A stretch of 63,982 nt of DNA, counting the filler, from Perkinsus olseni (lineage: Eukaryota), in the NCBI GenBank assembly GCA_013115125.1. It is 4 parts of 4 records of this genome, joined end to end, with 100 filler letters (N's around TTAATTAATTAA, not from the genome) between each part and the next. Parts side by side here need not be neighbours in the genome. Positions count along the whole stretch, not along the records: positions 52,719 to 63,982 come from JABANN010000835.1; 3 more parts are not named here. The stretch is one strand, 5' to 3'. Of the stretch, positions 63,681 to 63,982 are shown piece after piece (the stretch's first letter is position 1; each line of letters starts with the position of its first letter). A model generated the notes under the pieces. It worked only from the letters and a program-made list of their open reading frames with translations. It was not told where the DNA came from and did no database searches. A program made the translations under genes and the position numbers.

Positions 63681-63982
63681 ATATTTAGTTCTAGAATGAC
63701 GGGTTCAGCTGTCATGCTCTAAGATTGCCATTGTGAACCCGCGATAATGCAGCCTGCGGTCAGTGCAAGCATACCAGGTAGTATTACCCTCGTAACGGGC
63801 ACGCATATCGAGGTGGGTTAATTGCAGTTTCGCCGAATCACGGATATTTAGTTCTAGAATGACGGGTTCAGCTGTCATGCTCTAAGATTGCCATTGTGAA
63901 CCCGCGATAATGCAGCCTGCGGTCAGTGCAAGCATACCAGGTAGTATTACCCTCGTAACGGGCACGCATATCGAGGTGGGTT
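63681..63982. repeat. 163-bp tandem repeat, at least 1.8 copies, running off the window end
   Basis: atatttagttctagaatgacggg... starts at 63681 and 63844; the copies are identical by eye. Confidence 0.92.

Overview
Eukaryotic, intron-rich genomic DNA with mostly ~45-60 nt GT-AG introns. Gene content and style suggest a Perkinsus-like alveolate (inference, not verified). The window is four contigs joined by artificial N-TTAATTAATTAA-N linkers. Recognisable genes: a MORN/pseudokinase, a GT31 glycosyltransferase, alternative oxidase, a DIPP-like Nudix hydrolase directly downstream of an SPX-RING-RING protein, isovaleryl-CoA dehydrogenase, an LDAH-like hydrolase, two tandem SLC35F-like DMT transporters, four MFS paralogues with an interposed EamA transporter, an EF-hand protein, a CMTR1-like cap methyltransferase and an ankyrin-bromodomain protein. 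There are also three tRNA genes, MITE-like elements, probable retroelement debris and several tandem repeats. Most notable: (1) a tRNA with a leucine-type body but a serine (UGA) anticodon; (2) an adjacent SPX-RING plus DIPP-like pair, a possible inositol-pyrophosphate/phosphate module; (3) an MFS paralogue whose 3' exons carry clustered micro-insertions yet can stay in frame; (4) a hAT-type MITE with a perfect 8-bp TSD inside a gene. Exon boundaries were read by eye and are approximate.
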